A DNA stretch of 64,000 bases, from positions 12,024 to 76,023 of the forward strand of contig DKTZ01000035.1 of NCBI GenBank assembly GCA_002490425.1, given 5' to 3'. Source of the stretch: Ruminococcaceae bacterium UBA7217. GTDB lineage: Bacteria; Bacillota; Clostridia; Oscillospirales; Acutalibacteraceae. The stretch's first letter is position 1; each line of letters begins with the position of its first letter. Shown here piece by piece: positions 55,594-64,000 of the stretch. The notes beneath the pieces are model-generated. The model saw nothing but the letters and a program-made list of their open reading frames with translations. It searched no databases and was not told the DNA's origin. The position numbers and the translations under genes were made by a program.

Positions 55594-57069
55594 ATGAAAA
55601 AGTATATGAAAAAGTCCGAAATATGGACTTTCGGCATCGGTCTTTTCGGCGTTGCCTTAATGACAGGCTGGATGCCTGATTACACTGCAACTTTCTTTGC
55701 GGATTTTGCTTTTAAGGGCAAGGGCTTTGACCCTGACACTATGGCAAATGCCATTTCGGCAGTGTTCCTTGTTGCAGGTATTGTGGGCGCTGTGTGCGAG
55801 CTTGTTATCGGATATCTTGTTGACAACACACGTACAAAATTCGGCAAGGTAAAACCTTGGTTCGGCTTCGGCGTTATTCCGCTTGCTCTCGTTGCAATGC
55901 TCGTTTTCATTGCGCCGAACACAAACAGCCAAACTGCTGCAATTATTTGGATGTTCGTAATTTATTCACTTTACACGGCGTTCAGCTGTGCGGTTGAAAG
56001 CCCGTCAAACTGCTTCGGCTCGCTTTGCTCGCCCAACCCCGAGGAGCGTTCAAGCGCAATTTCAATTGCGTCATTCCTGCGCTCTGTCGGTCAGTCCGGC
56101 GGTATGGTTGTGCTTATGGTTGTTGCCGCAATTATGAAAGCCGTTATGGGCAAACAGCAGTATCAAAACGCAGAAGGCAGAGGTCTTGACCTTTTAATTT
56201 CCACCGCGGTTTGCGCTTTGGGACTTATTCTTTTTGTTATGATATTCTTTACCAACAACAAAGAAAATGTTCCCTATACAAATGAAAAGGTTAATCTTAA
56301 AGACGCAATTAAGGTTGTTTTCACCTATAAAAACCTTTTAATGGTTTCTCTTACAAAGCTTTGCGGCTTCGGCAGAGGCGTTTACGGCACGGTTTCTCTT
56401 TACATAGCAGTTTACCTTTTAGGTTCAAAGGACTTAAAGCTTGCTTTGCTCCTGCCAATGGGTATCGGCACAGCTGTAGGCACACTGCTTGTAAACCTTG
56501 TTCTTAAAAAATTCTCCACAAAGCAGACATTTATTTTGTTCTGCATTTACGGTGCGTCATCAATGGGCATTCTGTTCCTTGTTTCAAGAGGAATAGGCTT
56601 TAACGACGGACTTATTATTCCGTTCCTTATTCTCAACTTCTTCTGCGGACTCCAGCACGGCAACACAAATGTTACACCCAATATTATGATTGCCGACTGT
56701 GTTGACGAAATCGAGTACAAAACCGGTAAGCGCCAGGACGGTCTTGCTTATGCAGGCTACGGTCTTTTCTCAAAGGTTGCATCTGCATTTACAAAGGGTC
56801 TCGGCCCGTGGCTCCTTTACACATGGTCAGGCTATATGGTTTCAACAGATGCAAACGTTGCATACGCTCAGCAATCCGACGCAACGCTTAATAAAATGCT
56901 TGCGATTTACACAATTATTCCCGCAATCTTCGTTATCTTGCAGGGTGTTCCGATTTTGTTCTACGATATGGTAGGTGAAAAGAAGGAAATGATTGTAAAA
57001 GCGCTTGCCGAGCGCCGCGAAGCCGCAAAAGCAAACGAAGCGAATGCCGAAACGGCAGTAGAAGGCTGA
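55594..57069 (+). CDS. MFS transporter, glycoside-pentoside-hexuronide (GPH) cation-symporter-like
   Basis: About 12 TM segments and GPH-like N-terminal motifs (W.FG.G.FG, D.T.T.FGK.KPW). The ATG at 55594 follows AAAGGAA. Confidence 0.7.
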   Translation: MKKYMKKSEIWTFGIGLFGVALMTGWMPDYTATFFADFAFKGKGFDPDTMANAISAVFLVAGIVGAVCELVIGYLVDNTRTKFGKVKPWFGFGVIPLALVAMLVFIAPNTNSQTAAIIWMFVIYSLYTAFSCAVESPSNCFGSLCSPNPEERSSAISIASFLRSVGQSGGMVVLMVVAAIMKAVMGKQQYQNAEGRGLDLLISTAVCALGLILFVMIFFTNNKENVPYTNEKVNLKDAIKVVFTYKNLLMVSLTKLCGFGRGVYGTVSLYIAVYLLGSKDLKLALLLPMGIGTAVGTLLVNLVLKKFSTKQTFILFCIYGASSMGILFLVSRGIGFNDGLIIPFLILNFFCGLQHGNTNVTPNIMIADCVDEIEYKTGKRQDGLAYAGYGLFSKVASAFTKGLGPWLLYTWSGYMVSTDANVAYAQQSDATLNKMLAIYTIIPAIFVILQGVPILFYDMVGEKKEMIVKALAERREAAKANEANAETAVEG

Positions 57070-57082
57070 GGGGGTAACAGAT

Positions 57083-57994
57083 ATGAAAGAAAAAACCTTT
57101 AATCTTAAAATATACGGTGCGATTGCTTTCTTTGCGGTTGCCGCCGCCCTTGCACTTATGGTTGTATTTACCTTCAAGAACAAATACACGGCATTCCACC
57201 CCGAAGAGGTAGCAAAAAACTATGCCGACACAATAGTTCAGACAGGTGACGGCTACAACGCTTATAAAAATGCGCTTGTAAGCAAAAGCTCAAAATACGG
57301 TGACTTTATCCGCAAGTACTATATGTACCCTGTAATTTACCGTGAAACAAATTACAAGCCTGGTGACAAAACAGACGAACTCAAAGGCTTTAACGACGAG
57401 TCATATATGAGCGACAAATCCAAAAACGATGACGGCTCACTTCAGGGTAAGGTTATCGAAAAGATGTACCCCTATTACGTTCAGCTCGCAGAAAACGGCT
57501 GGGACAACTACGATGAAATTTTCAAAAAATATTTTGAAGAGCTTGTACGTGTACGCAAAGAGATTTTCGGCGACGACTATATGACAGACGAGATTATGTT
57601 CACAGCCCTTGAAAGCAATGTTAAGACATACGGCGAAACGCTGACAGGTACTGAGGACGAGTTTGACAAAAACACCAAAAAGCAAATTTCATTCAAGAGC
57701 ATAGGCGAATACGAAAAGGTGTACGGCGAGGATTACAAATTCACATCTTCTGTTGCAGGCGAAAAAGCGATTGACCTTAATACATACAAAGCAAATATTA
57801 ACGCAGATAAATTCGCTGAATACGGCGTTTCGGCAGACGATATTTCAGATGTTAAGTGCTATACCGTTGAAGTAAAAACGGCTGACGGAAAAACAGTTAC
57901 AAGCGCAGATGTAACCGTTGTAAAAATCGGCAGCTCGTGGTATGTTGACTCTGCAGCAACTAACACTTCTCCCCTTTATTCGTTCTATAAATAA
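57083..57994 (+). CDS. hypothetical membrane-anchored extracytoplasmic protein
   Basis: One N-terminal TM helix (IYGAIAFFAVAAALALMVVFTF) and an acidic Tyr/Lys-rich ectodomain. It starts 13 nt after the MFS gene. I recognise no family. Confidence 0.5.
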   Translation: MKEKTFNLKIYGAIAFFAVAAALALMVVFTFKNKYTAFHPEEVAKNYADTIVQTGDGYNAYKNALVSKSSKYGDFIRKYYMYPVIYRETNYKPGDKTDELKGFNDESYMSDKSKNDDGSLQGKVIEKMYPYYVQLAENGWDNYDEIFKKYFEELVRVRKEIFGDDYMTDEIMFTALESNVKTYGETLTGTEDEFDKNTKKQISFKSIGEYEKVYGEDYKFTSSVAGEKAIDLNTYKANINADKFAEYGVSADDISDVKCYTVEVKTADGKTVTSADVTVVKIGSSWYVDSAATNTSPLYSFYK

Positions 57995-58008
57995 TTCTAA
58001 ATTACTTC

Positions 58009-58042
58009 GTAGGGTCAGGTTTCCATGCCTGACCCTTTTTTG
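58009..58042 (+). terminator. GTAGG-hairpin element acting as an intrinsic terminator
   Basis: GTAGGGTCAGGT-TTCCAT-GCCTGACCC followed by TTTTTTG. Confidence 0.7.
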
Positions 58043-58245
58043 TTCTCGCCATTTAGTAGGGAATGTAATTTTCCGTTTCATACCCCTCATAAGTCGGCTG
58101 CGCTGACAGCTTCCCCCCTCGGGGGAAGCCTTTTTATGCCTTCCCCTCAAGGGGAAGGGGGACCGCATTAGCGGTGGATGAGGTGTAACGAATTTAATTC
58201 AACAGAAAACAGTCGTCGCCCTACAAATTAAATTTACATATTTAC
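58043..58245. repeat. cluster of GC-rich hairpins and REP-like elements
   Basis: GCTTCCCCC-CTC-GGGGGAAGC (58109-58129), CCTTCCCC-TCAA-GGGGAAGG (58139-58158), ACCGC-ATTA-GCGGT (58162-58175), and CCCTACAA (58220-58227), which is TTGTAGGG on the minus strand. Confidence 0.65.
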
Positions 58246-58821
58246 TTATATATACAGCGGTTCATTTTGCTTTCCGTTTGTTAAAACGAAATCCAGTGTT
58301 TCAGGTATTTTCGTAAAATCCGCCACTATTGAATTAGGCTTGTTCAGGGGGTCATCCTGCCGCATCGGAACAAAATAAATATTTTTGCTGTTCATTAAAA
58401 GCCCTATGTTCTTTGCCGCAGCGCCCAGTGCGTCATTTGTCGAAACCGCAATTATAATCGGTCTGCAATTCCGCAGGTGTGCCTTTGCGGACAGAGTAAC
58501 CGATGTATCCGTTATTCCGTTTGCCATTTTACCGAGAGTGTTGCCGGTACAGGGCGCAATTACGAGCGCATCCAAAAGCATTTTCGGCCCTATCGGTTCT
58601 GCACCGCAAATTGTATGGATTATTTTTTTACCCGTTATATCTTCAATCTGCTTAATAAAATCTTCTGCTTTGCCGAAGCGGGTATCAGTTGAATATGAAA
58701 CACCCGACATTATGGGAATTACATTGTACCCCAGGGAAACAAGCGCTTCAATCTGCGGGATAACCTTTTTAAACGTGCAAAACGAACCGCACAAAGCAAA
58801 TCCCACATTCGATTTACTCAT
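58246..58821 (-). CDS. dpaB: dipicolinate synthase subunit B
   Basis: Flavoprotein-fold SpoVFB sequence: GFALCGSFCTF, APCTGNT..K.A.GI.D, and VPMRQDDP..KPNS. Confidence 0.9.
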   Translation of the reverse strand: MSKSNVGFALCGSFCTFKKVIPQIEALVSLGYNVIPIMSGVSYSTDTRFGKAEDFIKQIEDITGKKIIHTICGAEPIGPKMLLDALVIAPCTGNTLGKMANGITDTSVTLSAKAHLRNCRPIIIAVSTNDALGAAAKNIGLLMNSKNIYFVPMRQDDPLNKPNSIVADFTKIPETLDFVLTNGKQNEPLYI

Positions 58822-59674
58822 CTTTCTCCTCCTCTTGTAAAGTTTTAACTATCTTCTTTCCGATAAGCTCCCCTGCCGTTTTTGCCGTGTATTTTCCAGG
58901 AAGTCCCGGCGCTTTTATTACACTTACCGAATATTTTTCCGCTTCTTCGGGGTTTACCCCGAAAGGTGCTGATGCAAGCTCGATTATTTTACAGTCGGGT
59001 CTTATTTTCCTGAGCGTTTCACTGTCAATTACTCTTTGCGGCACAGTGTTTATAATAATGTCGAATTTGTCGGCATACTCTGATAATTTATTCAGTTTTT
59101 CCGCTCTGCACCCTCGCAAAGAAGCGCCTGTCAGCGCCTCTTCGCTTCTTGCAAACACTGTCACATCGCAGGAAAGTTTTTTAAGCAAGTCTGCTGTTTC
59201 CCGACCGACTCTGCCGTAGCCCGTAATTGCAAATGTGCCTAAAGACGCGGCAAAATCAATATGCTCAAGTATTATTTTTAAAGTACCGAACGCTGTCAAA
59301 TAAGCGTTTTCGGATATAAACGTGCTGTCGTAATAATCGTAAAAGGGTATATGCTTTTCGTTTAAAGAATTTGAAAACTCGCCGCTGAACATTCCGCCGA
59401 AAACCTTATTTTCGGAGCCGATAAGATTTAAAAGCCTTATAAGCGGCAGCTCCCGTTTTGAAAAAGGCATAAAAACAGTTTTTCCGTTTTTGCTGACAGG
59501 CAACGGAAGAATTATTACGCTTTGGGGCGTTATTAAGGCTTTTAGTCTTTCCGAATCGTCATCCCAATCGTAAAGACCGTAGCAATCAACCGCTTTTCCG
59601 CACATTTTCAGATATTCTCCGAGATATTTTTGGCGTTTGTCACCGCCGATGATAACAAAATTACTGTTTTTCAC
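58814..59674 (-). CDS. dpaA: dipicolinate synthase subunit A
   Basis: VIIGGDKRQ N-terminus and an NAD-binding GYGRVG motif. It overlaps dpaB. The likely start is the GTG at 59674, 6 nt after AAGGGGAG, while the track ORF extends to 59719. Confidence 0.85.
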   Translation of the reverse strand: MKNSNFVIIGGDKRQKYLGEYLKMCGKAVDCYGLYDWDDDSERLKALITPQSVIILPLPVSKNGKTVFMPFSKRELPLIRLLNLIGSENKVFGGMFSGEFSNSLNEKHIPFYDYYDSTFISENAYLTAFGTLKIILEHIDFAASLGTFAITGYGRVGRETADLLKKLSCDVTVFARSEEALTGASLRGCRAEKLNKLSEYADKFDIIINTVPQRVIDSETLRKIRPDCKIIELASAPFGVNPEEAEKYSVSVIKAPGLPGKYTAKTAGELIGKKIVKTLQEEEKDE

Positions 59675-59801
59675 CTTTTTCTCCCCTTTCATCTTGCAAT
59701 AACATACTATGATTTTCATAAAAAATGGTGATTAGGTCTTTTATTTTAATTAAAATTGCAATATAATATATGTAATACTACAATTTGGAACGGCGGTTAT
59801 T

Positions 59802-61175
59802 ATGGCTAACATTTCGGAAATATTAAAAAATGCAAAAAGAATTCATTTTATAGGAATAGGCGGAAGCGGAATGTGCCCTCTTGCGGAAATTCTGCACGCA
59901 AAAGGTTATTCGCTTCAAGGCTCTGACAATAACGAAAGCTCAATAGTTGACAGAATCAGAGCTATGGGCATCCCCGTTATGATGGGGCAAAAGGCAGAAA
60001 ACATAAAGGGCGCTGATATGATAGTATATTCGGCGGCAATTCAGCGCGGCAACCCCGAGCTTGAAGCGGCTCTTTCAAGCGGTATCCCCACATTTCAGCG
60101 AGCGGAATTATTAGGCGAGGTTTCCCGTCACTTCAGCAATTGTATCGGTATTTGCGGAACACACGGCAAGACTACCACTACCTCAATGACCGTGCAGACA
60201 ATGCTTTCGGCAGGGCTTGACCCGTCGGCTGTAATCGGCGGAAAATTGCCCCTTACAAACAGCTACGGCAGAGTCGGAAACACCGAAACTATTGTTATGG
60301 AATCATGCGAATATCAAGATACATTTCTTCATATGTCCCCCGATGTTGCAGTTATTCTTAACATTGACGAGGACCATATGGAATATTTCAAGACTCTCGA
60401 CAACCTTATCCTGAGCTTTACAAAATTTGCAAATTCCGCCGCAAAAGCAGTCATTTACAACGGCGACGATGCCAATACTCTTAAAGCCGTTGAGGGAATA
60501 ACCGGCAAGGAAATGATTTCATTCGGATTCCAAAATACTAATGACTACTATGCCGAAAATATTGAAGAAATTAGCGGTGCGTACACCCGTTTTGACATTG
60601 TGCACAAAGGTGAAAAGCTCGGAACGGTTTCTCTTTCAGTCCCCGGAAAGCACAATATTCTCAATGCTTTGGCATCAATTGCCTGTGCTCTTTATTCAGG
60701 TGCGGAATTTAAAAACTGCATTAAAGGACTTGAGGAGTTTAAAGGTGCAGGCAGGCGGTTTGAGCACCTCGGCACATATAATGGGATTGATTTTATTGAT
60801 GATTACGCCCATCACCCGGCAGAACTTAAGGTTACAATTGAAGCCGCAATGAAGCTTGGCTACAAAACGGTTTGGGCAGTTTTTCAGCCTTTCACCTATT
60901 CAAGAACGGTAATGCACTTTGACGAATTTGTAGATGTTCTCAGTATTCCCGACAGATGCGTTATGACTGAAATTATGGGTTCCCGTGAAACAAACACCTA
61001 TGGTGTTTATACCTCTCAGCTTGCTGAAAAAATTCCGAACTCCGTTTGGTTTAATACGCAGGAAGAAGTTGCGGATTATGTTGTCAAAAACGCTTCGGCA
61101 GGCGACCTTGTTTTAACAATGGGGTGCGGAGATATTTATAAATCCGCTCATATGATGATAAATATGCTCAAATAG
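59802..61175 (+). CDS. murC: UDP-N-acetylmuramate--L-alanine ligase
   Basis: HFIGIGGSGM, GTHGKTTTTSM, DDYAHHP.E. Confidence 0.95.
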   Translation: MANISEILKNAKRIHFIGIGGSGMCPLAEILHAKGYSLQGSDNNESSIVDRIRAMGIPVMMGQKAENIKGADMIVYSAAIQRGNPELEAALSSGIPTFQRAELLGEVSRHFSNCIGICGTHGKTTTTSMTVQTMLSAGLDPSAVIGGKLPLTNSYGRVGNTETIVMESCEYQDTFLHMSPDVAVILNIDEDHMEYFKTLDNLILSFTKFANSAAKAVIYNGDDANTLKAVEGITGKEMISFGFQNTNDYYAENIEEISGAYTRFDIVHKGEKLGTVSLSVPGKHNILNALASIACALYSGAEFKNCIKGLEEFKGAGRRFEHLGTYNGIDFIDDYAHHPAELKVTIEAAMKLGYKTVWAVFQPFTYSRTVMHFDEFVDVLSIPDRCVMTEIMGSRETNTYGVYTSQLAEKIPNSVWFNTQEEVADYVVKNASAGDLVLTMGCGDIYKSAHMMINMLK

Positions 61176-61194
61176 CCGTTAGTCAGGAGATAAT

Positions 61195-61863
61195 ATGGTT
61201 ACATTCGGAAATAATTGGGATATTTTGCTTGAAAATGAATTTAAAAAGGATTACTACATAAATTTGCGAAAATTTTTGGTGTCCGAGTACAAAACGCAGA
61301 CAATTTACCCTGATATGAATAACATCTTTAACAGCCTGAAGCTCACCGACTACAAGGATGTTAAGGTTGTAATTTTGGGGCAGGACCCGTACCACGAACC
61401 GGGTCAGGCGCACGGGCTTGCCTTTTCGGTAAAAAAAGGCGTTCAGCCCCCGCCGTCACTTCAGAATATTTACAAGGAAATTCACGCAGAATTGGGACTG
61501 CCTATTCCGCCCCACGGTGAGCTTACCGACTGGGCAAAACGGGGCGTTCTTCTTATGAACACCTGTCTGACAGTCCGCAGAGGGCAGGCAAACAGCCACA
61601 AGGGCTGCGGCTGGGAAATATTCACCGACAATGTTATTAAGCTTCTGAACGCCCGTCCTGAGCCTATTGTATTTTTGCTTTGGGGAAGAAATGCGAGGGA
61701 CAAGGCGAAATTCATTACGAATCCCGTTCATTTGGTGCTTGAATCCGCCCACCCAAGTCCGCTTTCGGCTTATAACGGATTTTTCGGCAACGGGCATTTT
61801 AAAAAAGCAAACGATTTTCTCCGCAGGACCTACGGCGAAGAAATTGATTGGGAAATTAAATAG
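61195..61863 (+). CDS. ung: uracil-DNA glycosylase (family 1)
   Basis: VVILGQDPYH, GVLLLN-type motif (GVLLMNT) and HPSPLS. Confidence 0.95.
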   Translation: MVTFGNNWDILLENEFKKDYYINLRKFLVSEYKTQTIYPDMNNIFNSLKLTDYKDVKVVILGQDPYHEPGQAHGLAFSVKKGVQPPPSLQNIYKEIHAELGLPIPPHGELTDWAKRGVLLMNTCLTVRRGQANSHKGCGWEIFTDNVIKLLNARPEPIVFLLWGRNARDKAKFITNPVHLVLESAHPSPLSAYNGFFGNGHFKKANDFLRRTYGEEIDWEIK

Positions 61864-61880
61864 GAAAGGCAGCGAATATT

Positions 61881-62807
61881 ATGATTAGAAAAGAATTTAA
61901 GTTTCCGTCCTCTTCGGGACTTTGCGACATTTTTGCACAGAGCTTCACTCCCGACGGCGGCAATGTAAAGGCGGTAATTCAGATTTCACACGGAATGACA
62001 GAACACAGCGACCGTTACATTCCGTTTGCCGAAAAGCTTTGCGAGGCAGGCTATGCCGTTTTCACAAACGACCATTTAGGTCACGGGCGTTCTGTAAAGG
62101 ATGACAGTATGCTCGGCTTTTTCGGAAGTGAAAAGGGCTATATGAACATAGTAAACGACTGCAAAAAGCTCACCGAAATCGCAAAAAAAGAATATCCAAA
62201 TGTGCCCTATTTCTTTTTCGGGCACAGTATGGGTTCATTCATTGCACGGTGCTACACAAAATATTACGGCGACGGAATAGACGCGGCGGTTTACTGCGGA
62301 ACAAGCGGTCCGAACCCCGGGGCGAGCGTGGGAATTGCTATGGCAAAGCTTATAAGCAAAACAAAAGGCGAAATGCACCGTTCAAAGTTTATAAATTCAG
62401 TTGCTTTCGGTACATACAACAAAAAGACCGGCAAGAAAACCGACTGCGACTGGCTGACTAAGGACGAGGCTATAGTTAACGAATACATTGCCGATAAATA
62501 CTGCGGATTTATCTTCACGGCGGCAGGCTTTAAAGACCTTTTCAGCGTTCTCAATGAAGTAAACGCAAATGATTGGTACTTATCATTCGACAAAAAGCTC
62601 CCCGTTTTGCTCATAGCCGGCGAGGACGACCCCGTAGGCGCATACGGCAAGGGTGTTACCGCAGTTTACAATAATCTTTTGAAAACGGGTCACGAAGATG
62701 TGAGTCTTAAGCTGTACCCAACAGACCGCCACGAAATTCTCAATGAAACAGACAGAGAAGACGTTATGAAATACCTCATAGAATGGTTTGACAGTAAATT
62801 AAAATAA
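61881..62807 (+). CDS. alpha/beta hydrolase (lysophospholipase/monoacylglycerol-lipase-like)
   Basis: HGMTEHSDRY, the nucleophile elbow GHSMGS, and a C-terminal DRHEI His region. Confidence 0.8.
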   Translation: MIRKEFKFPSSSGLCDIFAQSFTPDGGNVKAVIQISHGMTEHSDRYIPFAEKLCEAGYAVFTNDHLGHGRSVKDDSMLGFFGSEKGYMNIVNDCKKLTEIAKKEYPNVPYFFFGHSMGSFIARCYTKYYGDGIDAAVYCGTSGPNPGASVGIAMAKLISKTKGEMHRSKFINSVAFGTYNKKTGKKTDCDWLTKDEAIVNEYIADKYCGFIFTAAGFKDLFSVLNEVNANDWYLSFDKKLPVLLIAGEDDPVGAYGKGVTAVYNNLLKTGHEDVSLKLYPTDRHEILNETDREDVMKYLIEWFDSKLK

Positions 62808-62820
62808 TATTGGTAAAAAT

Positions 62821-63240
62821 ATGAAAAATTTTTTTCTTAAAATTTACATTGTGTTGCTGACAGTTTTAATAAATATAAATGTTCTATACAGACTCGTGGG
62901 TTATGTTATATTTTTCTTGAATGCAAATAACCTTTACTACTTTAAAAACGATTTATTAAATCTGCTCTACGCTGAAGAAAAATCAATTGTATTTATCTTT
63001 ATTTCTGCTTTTTGCTTTATTGTATTTGCTGTGCTGTCATTATTCCTGCGCGGTATTGTGTCAAAAAAAGAACGAGCGGTTTACACCCTAAGTGCTTTAA
63101 TTCCGTTTGTTATTCCACAGGCAATACCGTATCTAATCCCGCCTTTAGTGTGGAATATTATTCTCGTTTTTGGAGCACTTGCATTGACGACATATTTTAT
63201 TTATCTTATATATTTGTGCGTGTCCGTTATCAAAAGATAA
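62821..63240 (+). CDS. hypothetical small membrane protein (about 4 TM)
   Basis: Hydrophobic segments throughout and a very AT-rich gene. I recognise no family. Confidence 0.45.
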   Translation: MKNFFLKIYIVLLTVLININVLYRLVGYVIFFLNANNLYYFKNDLLNLLYAEEKSIVFIFISAFCFIVFAVLSLFLRGIVSKKERAVYTLSALIPFVIPQAIPYLIPPLVWNIILVFGALALTTYFIYLIYLCVSVIKR

Positions 63241-63274
63241 GATAACCATTAAAAATTTTATACCGATTTTATTA

Positions 63275-63302
63275 AAAGGGGTGCTTCGGCGCCCTTTTGT
63301 TT
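63275..63302 (+). terminator. intrinsic terminator
   Basis: AAAAGGGGTGC-TTCG-GCGCCCTTTT followed by GTTTT. Confidence 0.65.
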
Positions 63303-63361
63303 TGGAAGTAAAATATATGCTGTATGCTGCGAAGCGTTGCTTTGATGAAACGGAGGATTTC

Positions 63362-63390
63362 TTGATATTGCGCAGAGATACCGCTATAAT
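63362..63390 (+). promoter_or_regulatory. near-consensus sigmaA promoter
   Basis: TTGATA (63362-63367), 17-nt spacer, TATAAT (63385-63390). Confidence 0.55.
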
Positions 63391-63434
63391 AAAACCGTCA
63401 GCTGAACAACTCACAAAATTCGGAGGATTGCAAT

Positions 63435-64000
63435 ATGGAAACCAACGGCAATGTAACAAACACATTCGGAGAAAAGCTGAAATCAGCAAGGAAAAAAGCG
63501 GGCTTTACGCAGGATGAGCTTTCGCAAAAACTTGCTGTGTCACGGCAGGCGGTCACAAAATGGGAATCGGACAAGGGATTACCCGATATTGAAAATTTAA
63601 AGCGTATTTCTAAGCTTTTAAATGTAAGCATTGATTACCTTATTGACAGCGGAGAAAGTATAGACTTATCTGTTATAAGAGAAGAAATCGACCTTGACAG
63701 TTACACCTATGACCCCAAAATATGTAAAAGACTTATTAAAAAAACAGGCAAAAAGGATATGGCGGTAACGGAAAAATATCCCGATGCCGAAATTCATTAT
63801 CTTATGGGAAAACAACTTCTTACCAAAAAAGAAAAAATCACCGATAATGCGATAGGCTTTTTAACTGATGCACCGTTCGGCTTGCCCGATTTTATCAACG
63901 GCATTAAAAATACGGACAAGGAATTTTATCTTGTAAATTTGCCTGACAGGCAGTATTTGGTAACTGTAACAGACGAATTTATTGAGAGCAGACAGCTCGC
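63435..64000 (+). CDS. XRE-family HTH protein with an additional C-terminal domain (partial; runs off the window end)
   Basis: ATG at 63435. The product begins METNGNVTNTFGEKLKSARKKAGFTQDELSQKLAVSRQAVTKWESDKGLPDIENLKRISKLLNVSIDYLI... and the frame stays open to nt 64000. It is absent from the track because no stop codon lies in the window. Confidence 0.75.
   Translation, partial: METNGNVTNTFGEKLKSARKKAGFTQDELSQKLAVSRQAVTKWESDKGLPDIENLKRISKLLNVSIDYLIDSGESIDLSVIREEIDLDSYTYDPKICKRLIKKTGKKDMAVTEKYPDAEIHYLMGKQLLTKKEKITDNAIGFLTDAPFGLPDFINGIKNTDKEFYLVNLPDRQYLVTVTDEFIESRQL

Noticed and set aside
26281-58245. Whether the hairpin clusters could be CRISPR arrays.
   Set aside because: There is no constant direct repeat alternating with unique spacers of regular length. 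Each hairpin differs, and no cas genes are present in the window.
1460-63631. Dozens of 60-150-aa track ORFs lie antisense to, or out of frame within, the large genes. Examples are 2363-2707, 6984-7328, 12311-12754, 36990-37484, 39687-40220, 44826-45239 and 56842-57189.
   Set aside because: Each is fully embedded in a longer ORF with clear family motifs on the other strand or frame. Their compositions are low-complexity or stop-poor by chance, and none has a convincing RBS. I treat them as shadow ORFs.

Overview
A 64-kb chromosomal segment from a moderately AT-rich, spore-forming member of the Clostridia. It is probably Oscillospiraceae/Ruminococcus-like, judged from a dockerin-bearing secreted enzyme plus sigG, ylmC/ymxH, a spoVB-like gene and dpaAB. 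Most of the window is a conserved housekeeping backbone: the glmS 3' end, sigG, zapA, a U32 peptidase, dut, yabO-hup-mazG-spoVB-like, hemZ, dtd-relA-recJ, glmU-pth-mfd, potABCD, prfA-tsaC-coaE, dpaAB, murC and ung. No rRNA, tRNA, CRISPR array, transposase or integrase gene was seen. Three things are not ordinary. (1) At 35.9-45.2 kb there is a co-oriented island: LysR, a Rex-like box, adhE, an APH-fold kinase-like gene, a [2Fe-2S] ferredoxin, a HydS-type sensory [FeFe]-hydrogenase with a PAS domain, an overlapping PP2C phosphatase, and a catalytic-looking [FeFe]-hydrogenase. It looks like an H2/redox-sensing phospho-signalling module whose kinase partner and phospho-target are not the usual ones. 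(2) At 45.3-47.5 kb on the minus strand, a clear cobalamin riboswitch with its own promoter and terminator controls only two surface-tethered proteins. One is a DUF4430 lipoprotein and the other an aromatic-rich, C-terminally anchored protein. Together they resemble a split transcobalamin-like B12-capture pair, with no transporter in cis. (3) A dispersed family of GC-rich perfect hairpins sits in AT-rich spacers, many starting with 5' GTAGG as REP elements do. They occur as single terminator-like copies and as four 200-250-bp clusters at 26.3, 47.5, 55.2 and 58.0 kb. One cluster is bracketed by a duplicated 21-bp terminator hairpin. All calls come from reading the translated ORFs and the nucleotide sequence, and no database search was possible.
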